Source: Nitrosopumilus sp. (GTDB lineage Archaea > Thermoproteota > Nitrososphaeria > Nitrososphaerales > Nitrosopumilaceae). From it: a stretch of 64,000 bases of DNA. How positions within the stretch are numbered: the stretch's first letter is position 1; each line of letters begins with the position of its first letter. The notes below the pieces were generated by a model. That model was not told the origin of the DNA. It saw nothing but the letters and a program-made list of their open reading frames with translations, and ran no database searches. The translations under genes and the position numbers were made by a program. Below, piece by piece: positions 9,837 through 19,315 of this stretch. The stretch lies in the NCBI GenBank assembly GCA_965207075.1, contig CBDBLO010000002.1, forward strand, positions 1,824,001 through 1,888,000, written 5' to 3'.

Positions 9837-11510
9837 ATGACGGGCGGCAGGAAAGGCATGCGCACTGCAGCATACGCCGTTGCCGTGGCATGCATGGCCG
9901 CGGCGGTGGCGGCGGCCATGGCGGCCGTCGACAGCCCGGCGCAGTACGGATCCGGCACTGCCGCTGCCCATGCGGCCCTCAGCGACGGGTGGCGCACGCA
10001 CCTGTACGAGTGGGGCTCGCACGGGATAGGCGGGGAGGGCTTCTTTGCGCACCCGCAGTTCATAACGGTGGACGGGCAGGGCAGCGTGTACGTCACGGAC
10101 CTTGGCAACAAGCGCGTGCAAAAGTTCGACTCGCAGGGCGGGTTCCTCACGGAGTGGGGAAGCCAGGGGAGCGCCGACGGGCAGTTCAGGTATCCGTCCG
10201 GAATCGCGACTGACGGCGCCTACATATACGTGGCCGACAGGGACCTGAACCGCGTGCAAAAGTTCGACGCAAACGGCAACTACATAGCCCAGTGGGGAAG
10301 CGGCGGCGATGCGGAGGGCAGGATGCACATGCCGACCGGGATGGCAGTCGGCGCCGACGGATACGTGTACGTGGTGGACACGGGCAACCAACGCGTGCAA
10401 AAGTTCACATCAGACGGCGAGTTTCTGCTCTCCTTTGGCGGCTCCGGCACGGAGCCGGGCAGGTTCGTGATGCCGCATTCCGTAGACGTGGCAGGGGACG
10501 GCAGCCTGTACATATCGGACAGGGGCGCCGGCAGGATAGACCACTATACTGCAAACGGGACGTACGTTGCATCGCACGTGTTTGACGCGTCGGGCACGTT
10601 CCGGTTCATGCCCGAGAGCATAAAACTGGGCGACAACGGCACGATACACGTCATAAACGCCCACTCGCAAAACGTGATGCACCTCAACCTGAGCACCAGC
10701 TCAGAGCCGCTTGACGTGTTCGAGCGGCTGGGGCTGATCTACTCGGACATTGTATTCCCCACCGACATAGAGCTGGGGATAGACGGCCAGCTGTACGTGG
10801 TGGACTCGCTTGGCCACTCTATACATGCATTCAAGACGCCGCAGTATGTACCGCCCCAGGGGCAGGCGGCGGACAGCGATGCGTCATCGCAAACGCCGCA
10901 GCAGCAGGGACAGCAGGGGGACGGAATCCCGCCAACCATTGTAGCCCCGCCGGACATAACCGTCAACGCGACCGGAATGCTGACCCTCGTGGACACGGGC
11001 GTGGCGGGGGCCCATGACGAGAGCGGCATAGCAGAGATGCGCTCAAACGCCCCGGACGCGTTCCAAGTCGGGGTCACGACCATAACGTGGACCGCGATTG
11101 ACGGCTACGGGAACCGCGCAGAGGCCCACCAGTACGTGAACGTCACGGCGTGCGGCATTCAGGGCACGGCATACAACCACATAATCGGCGACTCGGACAA
11201 CAACATAATCAACGGGACGGACGGGCCGGATCTCATATTCGGCCAGGAGGGCAGGGACATAGTGTACGGCGGGGCCGGCGACGACTGCATATTCGGCGGG
11301 GCCGGCGACGACGTAATACTGGGAGGTGGCGGCGACGACCACATAATTGGAGGTGGCGGCGACGACATACTCAGGGGCGGCGACGGCTCCGACGTCATAG
11401 TAGGCGGGACGGGCGCAAACGTCCTTGACGGCGGGGGGCCGGACGACGCGCAGGACGCCTGCCACGACACAGGCGAGATGGACCTTGTGATCAGCTGCGC
11501 GGTGCAGTGA
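9837..11510 (+). CDS. Secreted NHL-repeat beta-propeller protein with HYR-like domain and C-terminal RTX-type Ca-binding GGxGxD repeats
   Basis: Signal-like N-terminus; repeated 'YVxDxGNxRVQKF'; 'PPTIVAPPDITV...GVTTITWTAIDGYGN'; several GGxGDD nonapeptides. Start could be 9858. Confidence 0.88.
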   Translation: MTGGRKGMRTAAYAVAVACMAAAVAAAMAAVDSPAQYGSGTAAAHAALSDGWRTHLYEWGSHGIGGEGFFAHPQFITVDGQGSVYVTDLGNKRVQKFDSQGGFLTEWGSQGSADGQFRYPSGIATDGAYIYVADRDLNRVQKFDANGNYIAQWGSGGDAEGRMHMPTGMAVGADGYVYVVDTGNQRVQKFTSDGEFLLSFGGSGTEPGRFVMPHSVDVAGDGSLYISDRGAGRIDHYTANGTYVASHVFDASGTFRFMPESIKLGDNGTIHVINAHSQNVMHLNLSTSSEPLDVFERLGLIYSDIVFPTDIELGIDGQLYVVDSLGHSIHAFKTPQYVPPQGQAADSDASSQTPQQQGQQGDGIPPTIVAPPDITVNATGMLTLVDTGVAGAHDESGIAEMRSNAPDAFQVGVTTITWTAIDGYGNRAEAHQYVNVTACGIQGTAYNHIIGDSDNNIINGTDGPDLIFGQEGRDIVYGGAGDDCIFGGAGDDVILGGGGDDHIIGGGGDDILRGGDGSDVIVGGTGANVLDGGGPDDAQDACHDTGEMDLVISCAVQ

Positions 11511-11590
11511 TCACACTACTACCTGTCCAGCCGGCCGCAACCATATGCATATAGGCAGACCATACCCGACATGTCCTCATCATACGCATA

Positions 11591-11601
11591 CATAGACTAT
11601 A
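11591..11601. promoter_or_regulatory. Candidate phosphate-regulon operator CATAGACTATA upstream of pstS
   Basis: Exact 11-mer also present at 13094-13104 upstream of pstC; function inferred. Confidence 0.45.
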
Positions 11602-11640
11602 CACCACAGGACTAAGTAGCCTTCGGAGGGCAGAGCTGCA

Positions 11641-12918
11641 GTGACGAGACGAATTGCGACGATAGCGCTGATCGCAGTGCTAATGACTTCGCTTCTGCCC
11701 GCATACACCTCGGGCGGGACCATGCAGGCGGCGCAGGCGCAGGAAGCAGGCTCGGTCAGGATCGACGCGGCAGGCGCAACGTTTGCGTTTCCGCTGATGG
11801 ACTTGTGGAGGGTAAAGTATGCCGAGATCAATCCGCACATCGCGCTCAACTACCAGTCAATCGGAAGCGGGGGCGGTGTAAAGCAGCACATTGAAAAGAC
11901 GATCAACTTCGCCGCGTCAGACGTGCCGCTCAGAGACTCAGAGTACGAGAGGGCCCCCGGTTCGATCACGATACCGGAGATGATAGGCGCAATATCCATA
12001 GCGTACAACCTGCCCGGAATCGACAGCGGACTAAACCTCTCAGAAGAGGCCCTGTGCGGGATCTATCTTGGCAAGATCACAAAGTGGGACGATCCCAAGA
12101 TAGCTGTGCACAACGCCGGAATCGACCTGCCCGATACGAGCATATTCGTGGCAGCTAGATCCGACGGATCAGGCACGACGTTCGCGTTCACCAGCTACCT
12201 GGCCAAGACCTGTCCCGAATGGGATGAGAAGATCGGCGCAGGAAAGAGCGTGCCATGGCCTACCGCAAGAGGAGCTCCCGGAAACGAGGGCGTCGCGGCA
12301 CTGGTCAAGTCCGAGGAGGGGACAATAGGGTACATCACGCTTGCCTACGCGTTCCAGGAGGACATGACGACCGCGGCAGTACAGAACGGGGACAAGACCA
12401 ACTTTGTGCTGCCAACGCTGGAGAGCGCGTCGGCGGCGTCAAGCGGGGCAGCGCCCACGCTTCCAGACGCCCACGAGAGCTGGAGGGGGGTAGACCTGCT
12501 TGCGGCTCCGGGTGATAACTCGTACCCGATTACGAGCTTTTCGTACCTGATACTGCACCCGGATCTTGACGGCTCGGCCAGGGATTACGACCACGCAAAG
12601 GAGATCGCGAACCTGATTGCGTGGATAATCACCGACGGGCAGCAGTACAACGAGGACCTCCTGTACGTGCCGATCTCGGCACCGGTGCAGAGCATAGGGC
12701 TGGAGGGGCTCGCCAAGATCACATATCATGGACAGCCCGTATACACTGGACCGACCAGTGTCTCGGCAGAACCGGCGATGCCAGGCGGCGACGTGGAACT
12801 CATCCCGCCATGGGTAAAGACCCTCTTTGGATACTATGCAGAGGGGGGCATATCAGACGCCGACCTGATAAGCGCGCTACAGTTCCTGATCAAAGAGGGA
12901 ATCATAATAGTCGAATAG
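11641..12918 (+). CDS. pstS: Phosphate ABC transporter substrate-binding protein
   Basis: 'AGATF', 'YQSIGSGGG', 'FAASD', 'RSDGSGTT' motifs; signal peptide. Confidence 0.96.
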   Translation: MTRRIATIALIAVLMTSLLPAYTSGGTMQAAQAQEAGSVRIDAAGATFAFPLMDLWRVKYAEINPHIALNYQSIGSGGGVKQHIEKTINFAASDVPLRDSEYERAPGSITIPEMIGAISIAYNLPGIDSGLNLSEEALCGIYLGKITKWDDPKIAVHNAGIDLPDTSIFVAARSDGSGTTFAFTSYLAKTCPEWDEKIGAGKSVPWPTARGAPGNEGVAALVKSEEGTIGYITLAYAFQEDMTTAAVQNGDKTNFVLPTLESASAASSGAAPTLPDAHESWRGVDLLAAPGDNSYPITSFSYLILHPDLDGSARDYDHAKEIANLIAWIITDGQQYNEDLLYVPISAPVQSIGLEGLAKITYHGQPVYTGPTSVSAEPAMPGGDVELIPPWVKTLFGYYAEGGISDADLISALQFLIKEGIIIVE

Positions 12919-13060
12919 TGACGCACGGCCAGACGCGACAGCGGCAGTAATTTTTTGTTTCTAGCTTGGATGACAGAAGGTGCGCTCGCCACACAACACG
13001 CATGCGGGTTATACGTCCGCCCCATCACAAAGCGACAGAGCGGAGCCGCCCGTTAAGACG

Positions 13061-13104
13061 GACTATATAGAATATGGCTTCGTACGGTAAGACCATAGAC
13101 TATA
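13061..13104. promoter_or_regulatory. Candidate operator pair upstream of pstC (TATAGAATATG at 13066-13076; CATAGACTATA at 13094-13104)
   Basis: One exact copy and one inverted 9/11 copy of the pstS upstream motif. Confidence 0.45.
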
Positions 13105-13109
13105 GCTCA

Positions 13110-14129
13110 ATGGCAAATATCCCCAGGCGCGCCCGTCGTTACATGCAGAAGGACCGCCTCGGGGGCAGGATTGCAAGGGAGGGGCGGCCCCCACTCGTAG
13201 ACAAGCTGTTCAAGGTGGGAACTGCCATTGCAGGCGTCTATGTCCTCGCGATCATCCTGATCATGGTGCTGCAGCTCGGCTGGGAGTCAGGACCGGTCTG
13301 GCAGGAGGAGGGGGTGGTAGGCTTCATCACCGGAACTGACTGGAACGCGGTGGAGGGCCGCGAATCGTTCGGGGCCCTGCCGTACATACTGGGGACGCTG
13401 ATCACGTCCGCGATCGCCATGACGATAGCTCTGCCGCTGAGCATCGGCATAGCGATGTTCGTCATGATCGTCCCGAGGAGGATCGGCCAGCCCATGGGAT
13501 ACCTCATCGAGCTGCTCGAGGCGGTGCCAAGCGTGGTGTACGGCCTGTGGGGTCTGTTCGTATTCAGGATATACTTTAGGGACTGGATAGAGGAGCCTCT
13601 TCACGACGCGTTTGGCGACTCGATATTCCTGTTCTCCGGGGCCCCGTTCGGGCTTGACGTGCTTTCGGCCAGTATCATACTGGCCATAATGATCATACCC
13701 ACCATATCCGCGGTCTCGAGGGAGGTGATGATGGCAGTGCCCCAGCAGCAGAAGGAGGCCGCGTACATGCTGGGAAGCACCACGTGGGAGATGTTCAGGC
13801 TGGCAGTATTCCCGTACTCAAAGGCAGGGCTGATGGGCGCGTCCATACTCGGCCTGGGCAGGGCCATCGGGGAGACGATGGCGGTGACGATGCTGATAGG
13901 AAACACGATAGGGATTGCCGCGATACCCCAGTCGCTGTTCCACCCCAGCCAGACCATGTCGAGCATTATAGCAAACGAGTTCATCGAGGCGTCGCCTGCG
14001 TCCATACACCTGCCGGCGCTCATAGGCATCGGGCTCGTCCTGCTGCTCGTGGCCATGGCGGTAAACGTGATAGCGCACTATATCGTAACCAGGATGCTAA
14101 AGGTGAGGGAGGGGGCGATTAGGAATTGA
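13110..14129 (+). CDS. pstC: Phosphate ABC transporter permease
   Basis: 'AVPSVVYGLWG', 'LGRAIGETMAVTM'; alternative start at 13074. Confidence 0.95.
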   Translation: MANIPRRARRYMQKDRLGGRIAREGRPPLVDKLFKVGTAIAGVYVLAIILIMVLQLGWESGPVWQEEGVVGFITGTDWNAVEGRESFGALPYILGTLITSAIAMTIALPLSIGIAMFVMIVPRRIGQPMGYLIELLEAVPSVVYGLWGLFVFRIYFRDWIEEPLHDAFGDSIFLFSGAPFGLDVLSASIILAIMIIPTISAVSREVMMAVPQQQKEAAYMLGSTTWEMFRLAVFPYSKAGLMGASILGLGRAIGETMAVTMLIGNTIGIAAIPQSLFHPSQTMSSIIANEFIEASPASIHLPALIGIGLVLLLVAMAVNVIAHYIVTRMLKVREGAIRN

Positions 14130-15160
14130 CCGGCGGCGCGCGCTACGGGGATGGCGGGCCGCGGCCGGCCGGTGAGGGAGGGGCGGCGGCGGCGGCCGCG
14201 GCATCCACCCCAAGAAGCCGGCGGCGGGCCGAGATCAGGGCCATGTTCAAGTCAAACGTGAGCGGCAGGCTCAAGGTGGACCGCATAATGGTGGGCGGGA
14301 TTACGGCGTGCGCCATAGTCGCCATAGTGCCGCTCTTCTGGATACTCGGGCAGCTCATAGTCGGAGGGGCCCCCGCCCTCTCAGTCGAATTCTTCACAGA
14401 GGAGCCCGGGGCCATAGGCGCGGGCACGATAAACGTGGGGCCCGCCATACAGGGCACCATAATCATCATCGGGCTCTCGTCGCTGATAGGCATACCGATA
14501 GGAATCGGCGCCGGCGTGTACCTCTCAGAGGTGGGCAGCGGCAGCAGGCTGGCAAAGCAGATGAGGTTCCTGCTTGACGTGTTCATGGAGGTGCCGTCCA
14601 TCGTGCTCGGGCTGTTCGCGTTCCTTGCAATCGTCCTGCTGCTGGGGCATTTTTCTATATGGGCCGGCGCCTTTGCGCTCTCGCTCATCATGTTCCCCAT
14701 AGTCGCAAGGGCCACGGAGGAGCAGCTCAAGATGGTGCCCTGGACATACAGGGAGGCGGGCACGGCGCTTGGCCTCAAGAAGGCCACGATCGCGTTCCGC
14801 ATAGTGCTTGCAACCGCAAAGCGCGGGCTCCTGACCGGCGTGCTGCTGTCCGTGTCAAGGATAGGCGGCGAGACGGCCCCGCTCATAATGACGATACTTG
14901 GAAGCAGCCAGTTCTTCTCGTCTCTTGACGCGCCCATGGACGCGCTGCCCCTGCGCATATGGCGCTTTTCGCTGCTGCCGTACGAGGAGGCCAGGCTTGC
15001 CGGGTGGGGGGCCGCGCTCGTCCTGGTGATTATAATACTCGCGATACACGTCGGCGTGCGGTACTACTTCCAAGGGAGAAGAGGCGGCAGCATCGGGGCA
15101 AACGGCGGCAGGAGATCGCGCAAAGGTTTATTGCCAAACATGAGGGGAGGCAGTGCATAG
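14126..15160 (+). CDS. pstA: Phosphate ABC transporter permease
   Basis: 'PSIVLGLFA', 'RIGGETAPL'; start codon uncertain. Confidence 0.93.
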   Translation: MTGGARYGDGGPRPAGEGGAAAAAAASTPRSRRRAEIRAMFKSNVSGRLKVDRIMVGGITACAIVAIVPLFWILGQLIVGGAPALSVEFFTEEPGAIGAGTINVGPAIQGTIIIIGLSSLIGIPIGIGAGVYLSEVGSGSRLAKQMRFLLDVFMEVPSIVLGLFAFLAIVLLLGHFSIWAGAFALSLIMFPIVARATEEQLKMVPWTYREAGTALGLKKATIAFRIVLATAKRGLLTGVLLSVSRIGGETAPLIMTILGSSQFFSSLDAPMDALPLRIWRFSLLPYEEARLAGWGAALVLVIIILAIHVGVRYYFQGRRGGSIGANGGRRSRKGLLPNMRGGSA

Positions 15161-15163
15161 GTT

Positions 15164-15997
15164 ATGAGCAACATCATAACGGCCGAGCCGCAAAAGCGGG
15201 CACCAAGCGACAAGAAACAGGGCGGCGTCTTTGCAAACAAGCGCTTCAAGATGGTGACAGAAAACGTCAACGTATACTATGGCGACGTCAGGGCAGTAAA
15301 GGACATCAGCCTAAAGTTCCCAGAAAACTCCATCACCGCGCTGATAGGGCCGTCAGGGTGCGGCAAGACCACCTTTCTGCGCTGCCTTAACCGCATGCAC
15401 GACATGACCCCGGGCTCGCGCGTGGAGGGGAGGGTCACGATAGACCAGACGGACCTGTACGACTCCAGCATAGACCCCATATACCACAGGAGAAAGGTCG
15501 GAATGGTGTTCCAAAAGCCAAACCCGTTTCCCACCATGTCCATATACGACAACGTCGTGTCCGGCGTAAGGCTCAACGGAGTGAGGGACAGGGCCATACT
15601 CGACGAGATCGTGGAAGACTGCCTGAAGATGGCGTACCTGTGGGACGAGGTGAGCGACGACCTCAAAAAGCCCGCAATCGAGCTGTCGGGAGGCCAGCAG
15701 CAGAGGCTGTGCATTGCAAGGGCCCTTGCGATACAGCCCGAAGTACTGCTGATGGACGAGCCGGCGTCCGCGCTGGATCCGATTGCGACCCAGAAGATCG
15801 AGGAGACGATAAAGGACCTCTCAAGCGAGTACTGCATCATCATAGTAACGCACAACATGCAGCAGGCAATCAGGTGCTCGGACTATACGGCGTTCATGTA
15901 TCTGGGCGACCTCATAGAGCACGGAAGGACCGACGACATATTCCAAAACCCCAGAAACGAGCTGACCGCAAAGTATGTCGAAGGCCAGTTCGGCTGA
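15164..15997 (+). CDS. pstB: Phosphate ABC transporter ATPase
   Basis: GPSGCGKT, '[12 protein letters not shown]', [25 protein letters not shown]. Confidence 0.97.
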   Translation: MSNIITAEPQKRAPSDKKQGGVFANKRFKMVTENVNVYYGDVRAVKDISLKFPENSITALIGPSGCGKTTFLRCLNRMHDMTPGSRVEGRVTIDQTDLYDSSIDPIYHRRKVGMVFQKPNPFPTMSIYDNVVSGVRLNGVRDRAILDEIVEDCLKMAYLWDEVSDDLKKPAIELSGGQQQRLCIARALAIQPEVLLMDEPASALDPIATQKIEETIKDLSSEYCIIIVTHNMQQAIRCSDYTAFMYLGDLIEHGRTDDIFQNPRNELTAKYVEGQFG

Positions 15998-16144
15998 TCA
16001 ACCATACAGGCGTCGGGCGCGGCCGCGGCCAAGCGACGGCGCGGCAAACCAAGATGTATCACGGCGGGCGGGCCGGGCACGAATCCGGCGCCGTCCCCCT
16101 GACGCGCACGATTAAAGTATCAGGGCATGATACAAGCTGTGAAA

Positions 16145-16765
16145 ATGACGCGACTCATGGACCCCAACCTGCACCAGCTGTCCGCGCTGATGTCGGAGAT
16201 GGGCGACCTGGCCATACAGAGCCTGGAGACGGCGATCAACTCGTACCTCAAGGGGACAAACCCCATCACGGAGGTCAAGGACATGTCAGGCGAAATTACC
16301 GAAAAATACCACGAGGTGGGGGAGCTGGTATTCTCCACGATGCTAAAGTTCCAGCCCGTGGCATCAGACTTTAGGTTCATCAGGTCGGCAATCGAGATAT
16401 CATACGCGCTCCACAGGTTCGGCAGATACTCGTATGACATAACGTTTGTCCGCGACAAATTCGGGGACATATCGTCGTGCAACAACGAGTGGCTCCACCA
16501 GGTGACAAACGAGACCATGCAGATGGCAAAGGGCGCGCTGCAGTCATTTGCGATGCTCGACACGGGCAAGGCAGATATGATAGCAGTCAACGAGGAGTAC
16601 GTGGACAAGATATACAAGGAGAGGCTCCCCATGCTGGGCGCATCCGGCACGGACAAGAGATGCGCGCTAGTCGAGGCACTGCTGCTCGGATACCTCGAGA
16701 GGATTGCGGATCATGCCATGCACATGAGCAGGGCGGTCAACTACATCGTAAGCGGCAAGCACTAG
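16145..16765 (+). CDS. phoU: Phosphate uptake regulator PhoU
   Basis: 'FQPVASDFR', 'YLERIADHA'; directly follows pstB; alternative start at 16127. Confidence 0.92.
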   Translation: MTRLMDPNLHQLSALMSEMGDLAIQSLETAINSYLKGTNPITEVKDMSGEITEKYHEVGELVFSTMLKFQPVASDFRFIRSAIEISYALHRFGRYSYDITFVRDKFGDISSCNNEWLHQVTNETMQMAKGALQSFAMLDTGKADMIAVNEEYVDKIYKERLPMLGASGTDKRCALVEALLLGYLERIADHAMHMSRAVNYIVSGKH

Positions 16766-16810
16766 CGCATGCGGCAGCACGCCAGCCTTATTAGCGCCCG
16801 CGACGCCACC

Positions 16811-18361
16811 ATGGCATTGGCGACCGCAAGGGGCCCAAGAATCACGTTTTACGGGGGGATGAACGAGATAGGCGGCAACAAGTTCCTGCTCGAGGACAAG
16901 GGGACCAGGATATTCCTGGATTTTGGGATGCAGATGGGGCTGCACGGCAGATACTATGACATGATGATGGGCCCTAGGAAGGGCAATGCGCTGGCGGACC
17001 TGTTTGAGTTCGGGCTGCTCCCCCGGATAAAGGGCACATACAGGCAGGACTACACAGGGCACCTCGCAAAAGGGCCGGATCCAAAGGGGTGGTTCAAAAA
17101 GGACAGCAAGTCGGAGGACTCCGTACACGGCGTGCTGCTCACGCACGCCCACGTGGACCACTGCGAGTACATACACTACCTGAGGCCCGACATCCCGGTA
17201 TACTGCACGGAGGCCACCAAGATCATCATGCAGGCGCTTCAGGACACCGGGATGGGAGGCGGCCACTTTGTCACATACAAAGAAGAGTTCAAGACGTACA
17301 CCAATACAAAGGGCAGCACCAGCTGGGCCACGAGCAGCAAGAACAGGGAGGAGCGCGGCCGCAACATATCGCTTGTAAAGCCGTACAAAAAGTACAGGGT
17401 AGACTCCATCGAGTTCGAGCCCCTTCCGGTGGACCACTCGCTTCCAGGGGCGTGCGGGTTCATGATACACACGTCGGCAGGCTCGATCGCGTATACAGGG
17501 GATCTCAGGTTCCACGGCAGGCGCAAAAAGGAGACAGAAAAGTTCGTCGATGCGTGCGGCTCCGAAAAGCCGGACTATATGCTGTGCGAGGGGACGCGCG
17601 TGGGCGTCAGATCCTCTCCCACGGAGGAGAGCGTGGAGGAGGACGCGCTCGAGGTCATGCAGAATACAAAAAAGTTGTCGGTGGTGTCGTATCCGGTAAG
17701 GGATCTCGACAGGTTCCTGTCGCTGTACAACGCGGCGGTGAGGTCCGGCAGGTATATGCTGATCGACTTCAAGCAGGCATACCTGCTAAAGCGGTTCGAG
17801 TCCTCAAAGGAGAACAGGGGCGCGTACCCGCGCCTGGACGATCCGAACATCAAGATCTTCCTGCCCAGAATGAACAAGGGCCTGGCAGGGGCCAAGAAGG
17901 GGACGTGGGACGACAGCCTGATGATGGGGGACTATTCGGAGGGGTGGAAAAAGGAGATAATCAACGGCAAGGCGGAGCAGGCCACGTATTCAGACGTAAA
18001 GGCAGCGCAGAAGGGGTACGTCCTGTACTGCAACGACTACAACCTGCAGCAGCTGATCGACATACGCCCGGAGGGGGGCTCGTCGTACATACACTCGTCC
18101 ACGGAGCCGTTCAGCGACGAGATGGAGCTTGGCCACGACAGGATAAAGCGGTGGTTGCACCACTTTGGACTGATCAGGGACGAAGAGTCGTGGATTACGC
18201 TGCACGTCTCCGGGCACGGGACGGGGGATCAGATCAAGAGAGTGGCAAAGGAGTCCAATGCAAAGAACATAATTCCGATACACACGGAGCACAGCGACCG
18301 CTTTGCGCACTGGCACGACAGCGTGATAAACGGCGAGAATAACGGATGCATCGCGCTCTGA
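16811..18361 (+). CDS. MBL-fold beta-CASP ribonuclease (RNase J-like)
   Basis: 'GGMNEIGGN', 'THAHVDH', 'DHS', 'YTGDLR', 'HVSGH', 'IPIHTEH' motifs. Confidence 0.85.
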   Translation: MALATARGPRITFYGGMNEIGGNKFLLEDKGTRIFLDFGMQMGLHGRYYDMMMGPRKGNALADLFEFGLLPRIKGTYRQDYTGHLAKGPDPKGWFKKDSKSEDSVHGVLLTHAHVDHCEYIHYLRPDIPVYCTEATKIIMQALQDTGMGGGHFVTYKEEFKTYTNTKGSTSWATSSKNREERGRNISLVKPYKKYRVDSIEFEPLPVDHSLPGACGFMIHTSAGSIAYTGDLRFHGRRKKETEKFVDACGSEKPDYMLCEGTRVGVRSSPTEESVEEDALEVMQNTKKLSVVSYPVRDLDRFLSLYNAAVRSGRYMLIDFKQAYLLKRFESSKENRGAYPRLDDPNIKIFLPRMNKGLAGAKKGTWDDSLMMGDYSEGWKKEIINGKAEQATYSDVKAAQKGYVLYCNDYNLQQLIDIRPEGGSSYIHSSTEPFSDEMELGHDRIKRWLHHFGLIRDEESWITLHVSGHGTGDQIKRVAKESNAKNIIPIHTEHSDRFAHWHDSVINGENNGCIAL

Positions 18362-18369
18362 GTGTAGCG

Positions 18370-18395
18370 CCCCCCCCCCCCCCCCCCGGGGGGGG
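18370..18395. repeat. C18-G8 homopolymer between convergent stop codons (possible hairpin or assembly artefact)
   Basis: 18 C followed directly by 8 G. Confidence 0.8.
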
Positions 18396-18779
18396 TCAGC
18401 ATCCGCACGCGCGGCCGTCCGAACCCATGCCGTCACCGCCGCTGCTGCCGCCACACAGGTTCGGAATCTGCCGTCCGGCATCGGCAATGTCCGCGATCAG
18501 TCCCGCGAGGCGCGGGTTTGATATCCGGTACATCGCCTTCTTGCCGTCCTGCCTTGACGTCAGGATCCCGCACTCTTTGAGCCTCTTCAGGTGGTGCGAT
18601 ATCAGCGGCTGATCCCTCTGGAGGTGTGAGACAAAGTCACCCACGCACATCTCCTTCTCTTTTTGGAGCATCTCCAGCATGGCAAAGCGCGTCTCGTCGC
18701 ATATGCACCTCAGGAGCCACGTGCCGCTGTCGCCGTGGTTGCCCCCGCTGCCGCCTGCGTCCAAGTCGTCGTTATTCAT
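18396..18779 (-). CDS. arsR: ArsR/SmtB family transcriptional repressor
   Basis: 'DETRFAML', 'QPLISHHLKRLKECGIL...G...YRI'; Cys-rich termini; divergent from arsC. Confidence 0.88.
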   Translation of the reverse strand: MNNDDLDAGGSGGNHGDSGTWLLRCICDETRFAMLEMLQKEKEMCVGDFVSHLQRDQPLISHHLKRLKECGILTSRQDGKKAMYRISNPRLAGLIADIADAGRQIPNLCGGSSGGDGMGSDGRACGC

Positions 18780-18813
18780 ATAAATTTAGATTTATATAAA
18801 CTATAATTTATAT
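18778..18813. promoter_or_regulatory. Divergent arsR/arsC promoter with two overlapping 20-bp palindromes (probable ArsR operators)
   Basis: ATATAAAT-TTAG-ATTTATAT (18778-18797) and ATATAAA-CTATAA-TTTATAT (18794-18813). Confidence 0.7.
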
Positions 18814-18820
18814 CAATGGC

Positions 18821-19234
18821 ATGACAGGACCCACCGCTGAAAAGGGCGTGCTCTTCGTGTGCGTGGAGAACTCCGCCCGCAGCCAGATGGCAGAGGGCTT
18901 TCTGAGGCAGATGGCGCCCCACATCAGGGTGCAGAGCGCAGGAACCAGGCCCGGCGCGCAGGTAATCCCCGAGGCAGTCAGGGCCATGCGGGAGGTCGGG
19001 ATCGACATCTCAGGGCAGGAACCGAAGGAAGTGACGCAGGAGATGCTTGCAGGGTCGGCTGTCATAAACATGGGGTGCATGGACAGGGAGGCGTGCCCGG
19101 CCCTGTTTGCAGAAGGCGTGGCAGACTGGAAGATCGACGACCCGAAGGGTGTGGACGCAGGGCAGGTCAGGGCCATACGGGACCAGATAAGGGACAGGGT
19201 CCGGGCGCTCGTAGGGGAAATGGACGGAGAGTAG
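18821..19234 (+). CDS. arsC: Arsenate reductase (LMW-PTP fold, thioredoxin-coupled type)
   Basis: P-loop CVENSARSQMAE, 'GC...ACP' redox cysteines, 'W..DDP'. Confidence 0.9.
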   Translation: MTGPTAEKGVLFVCVENSARSQMAEGFLRQMAPHIRVQSAGTRPGAQVIPEAVRAMREVGIDISGQEPKEVTQEMLAGSAVINMGCMDREACPALFAEGVADWKIDDPKGVDAGQVRAIRDQIRDRVRALVGEMDGE

Positions 19235-19315
19235 GGGCAGGCGGGGCATGGCACGCGTACGCGCAGCGGCAGCGGCCCACGGCGGCGGGCGCCGCGAAAC
19301 TTCAGGGTGACCGCA

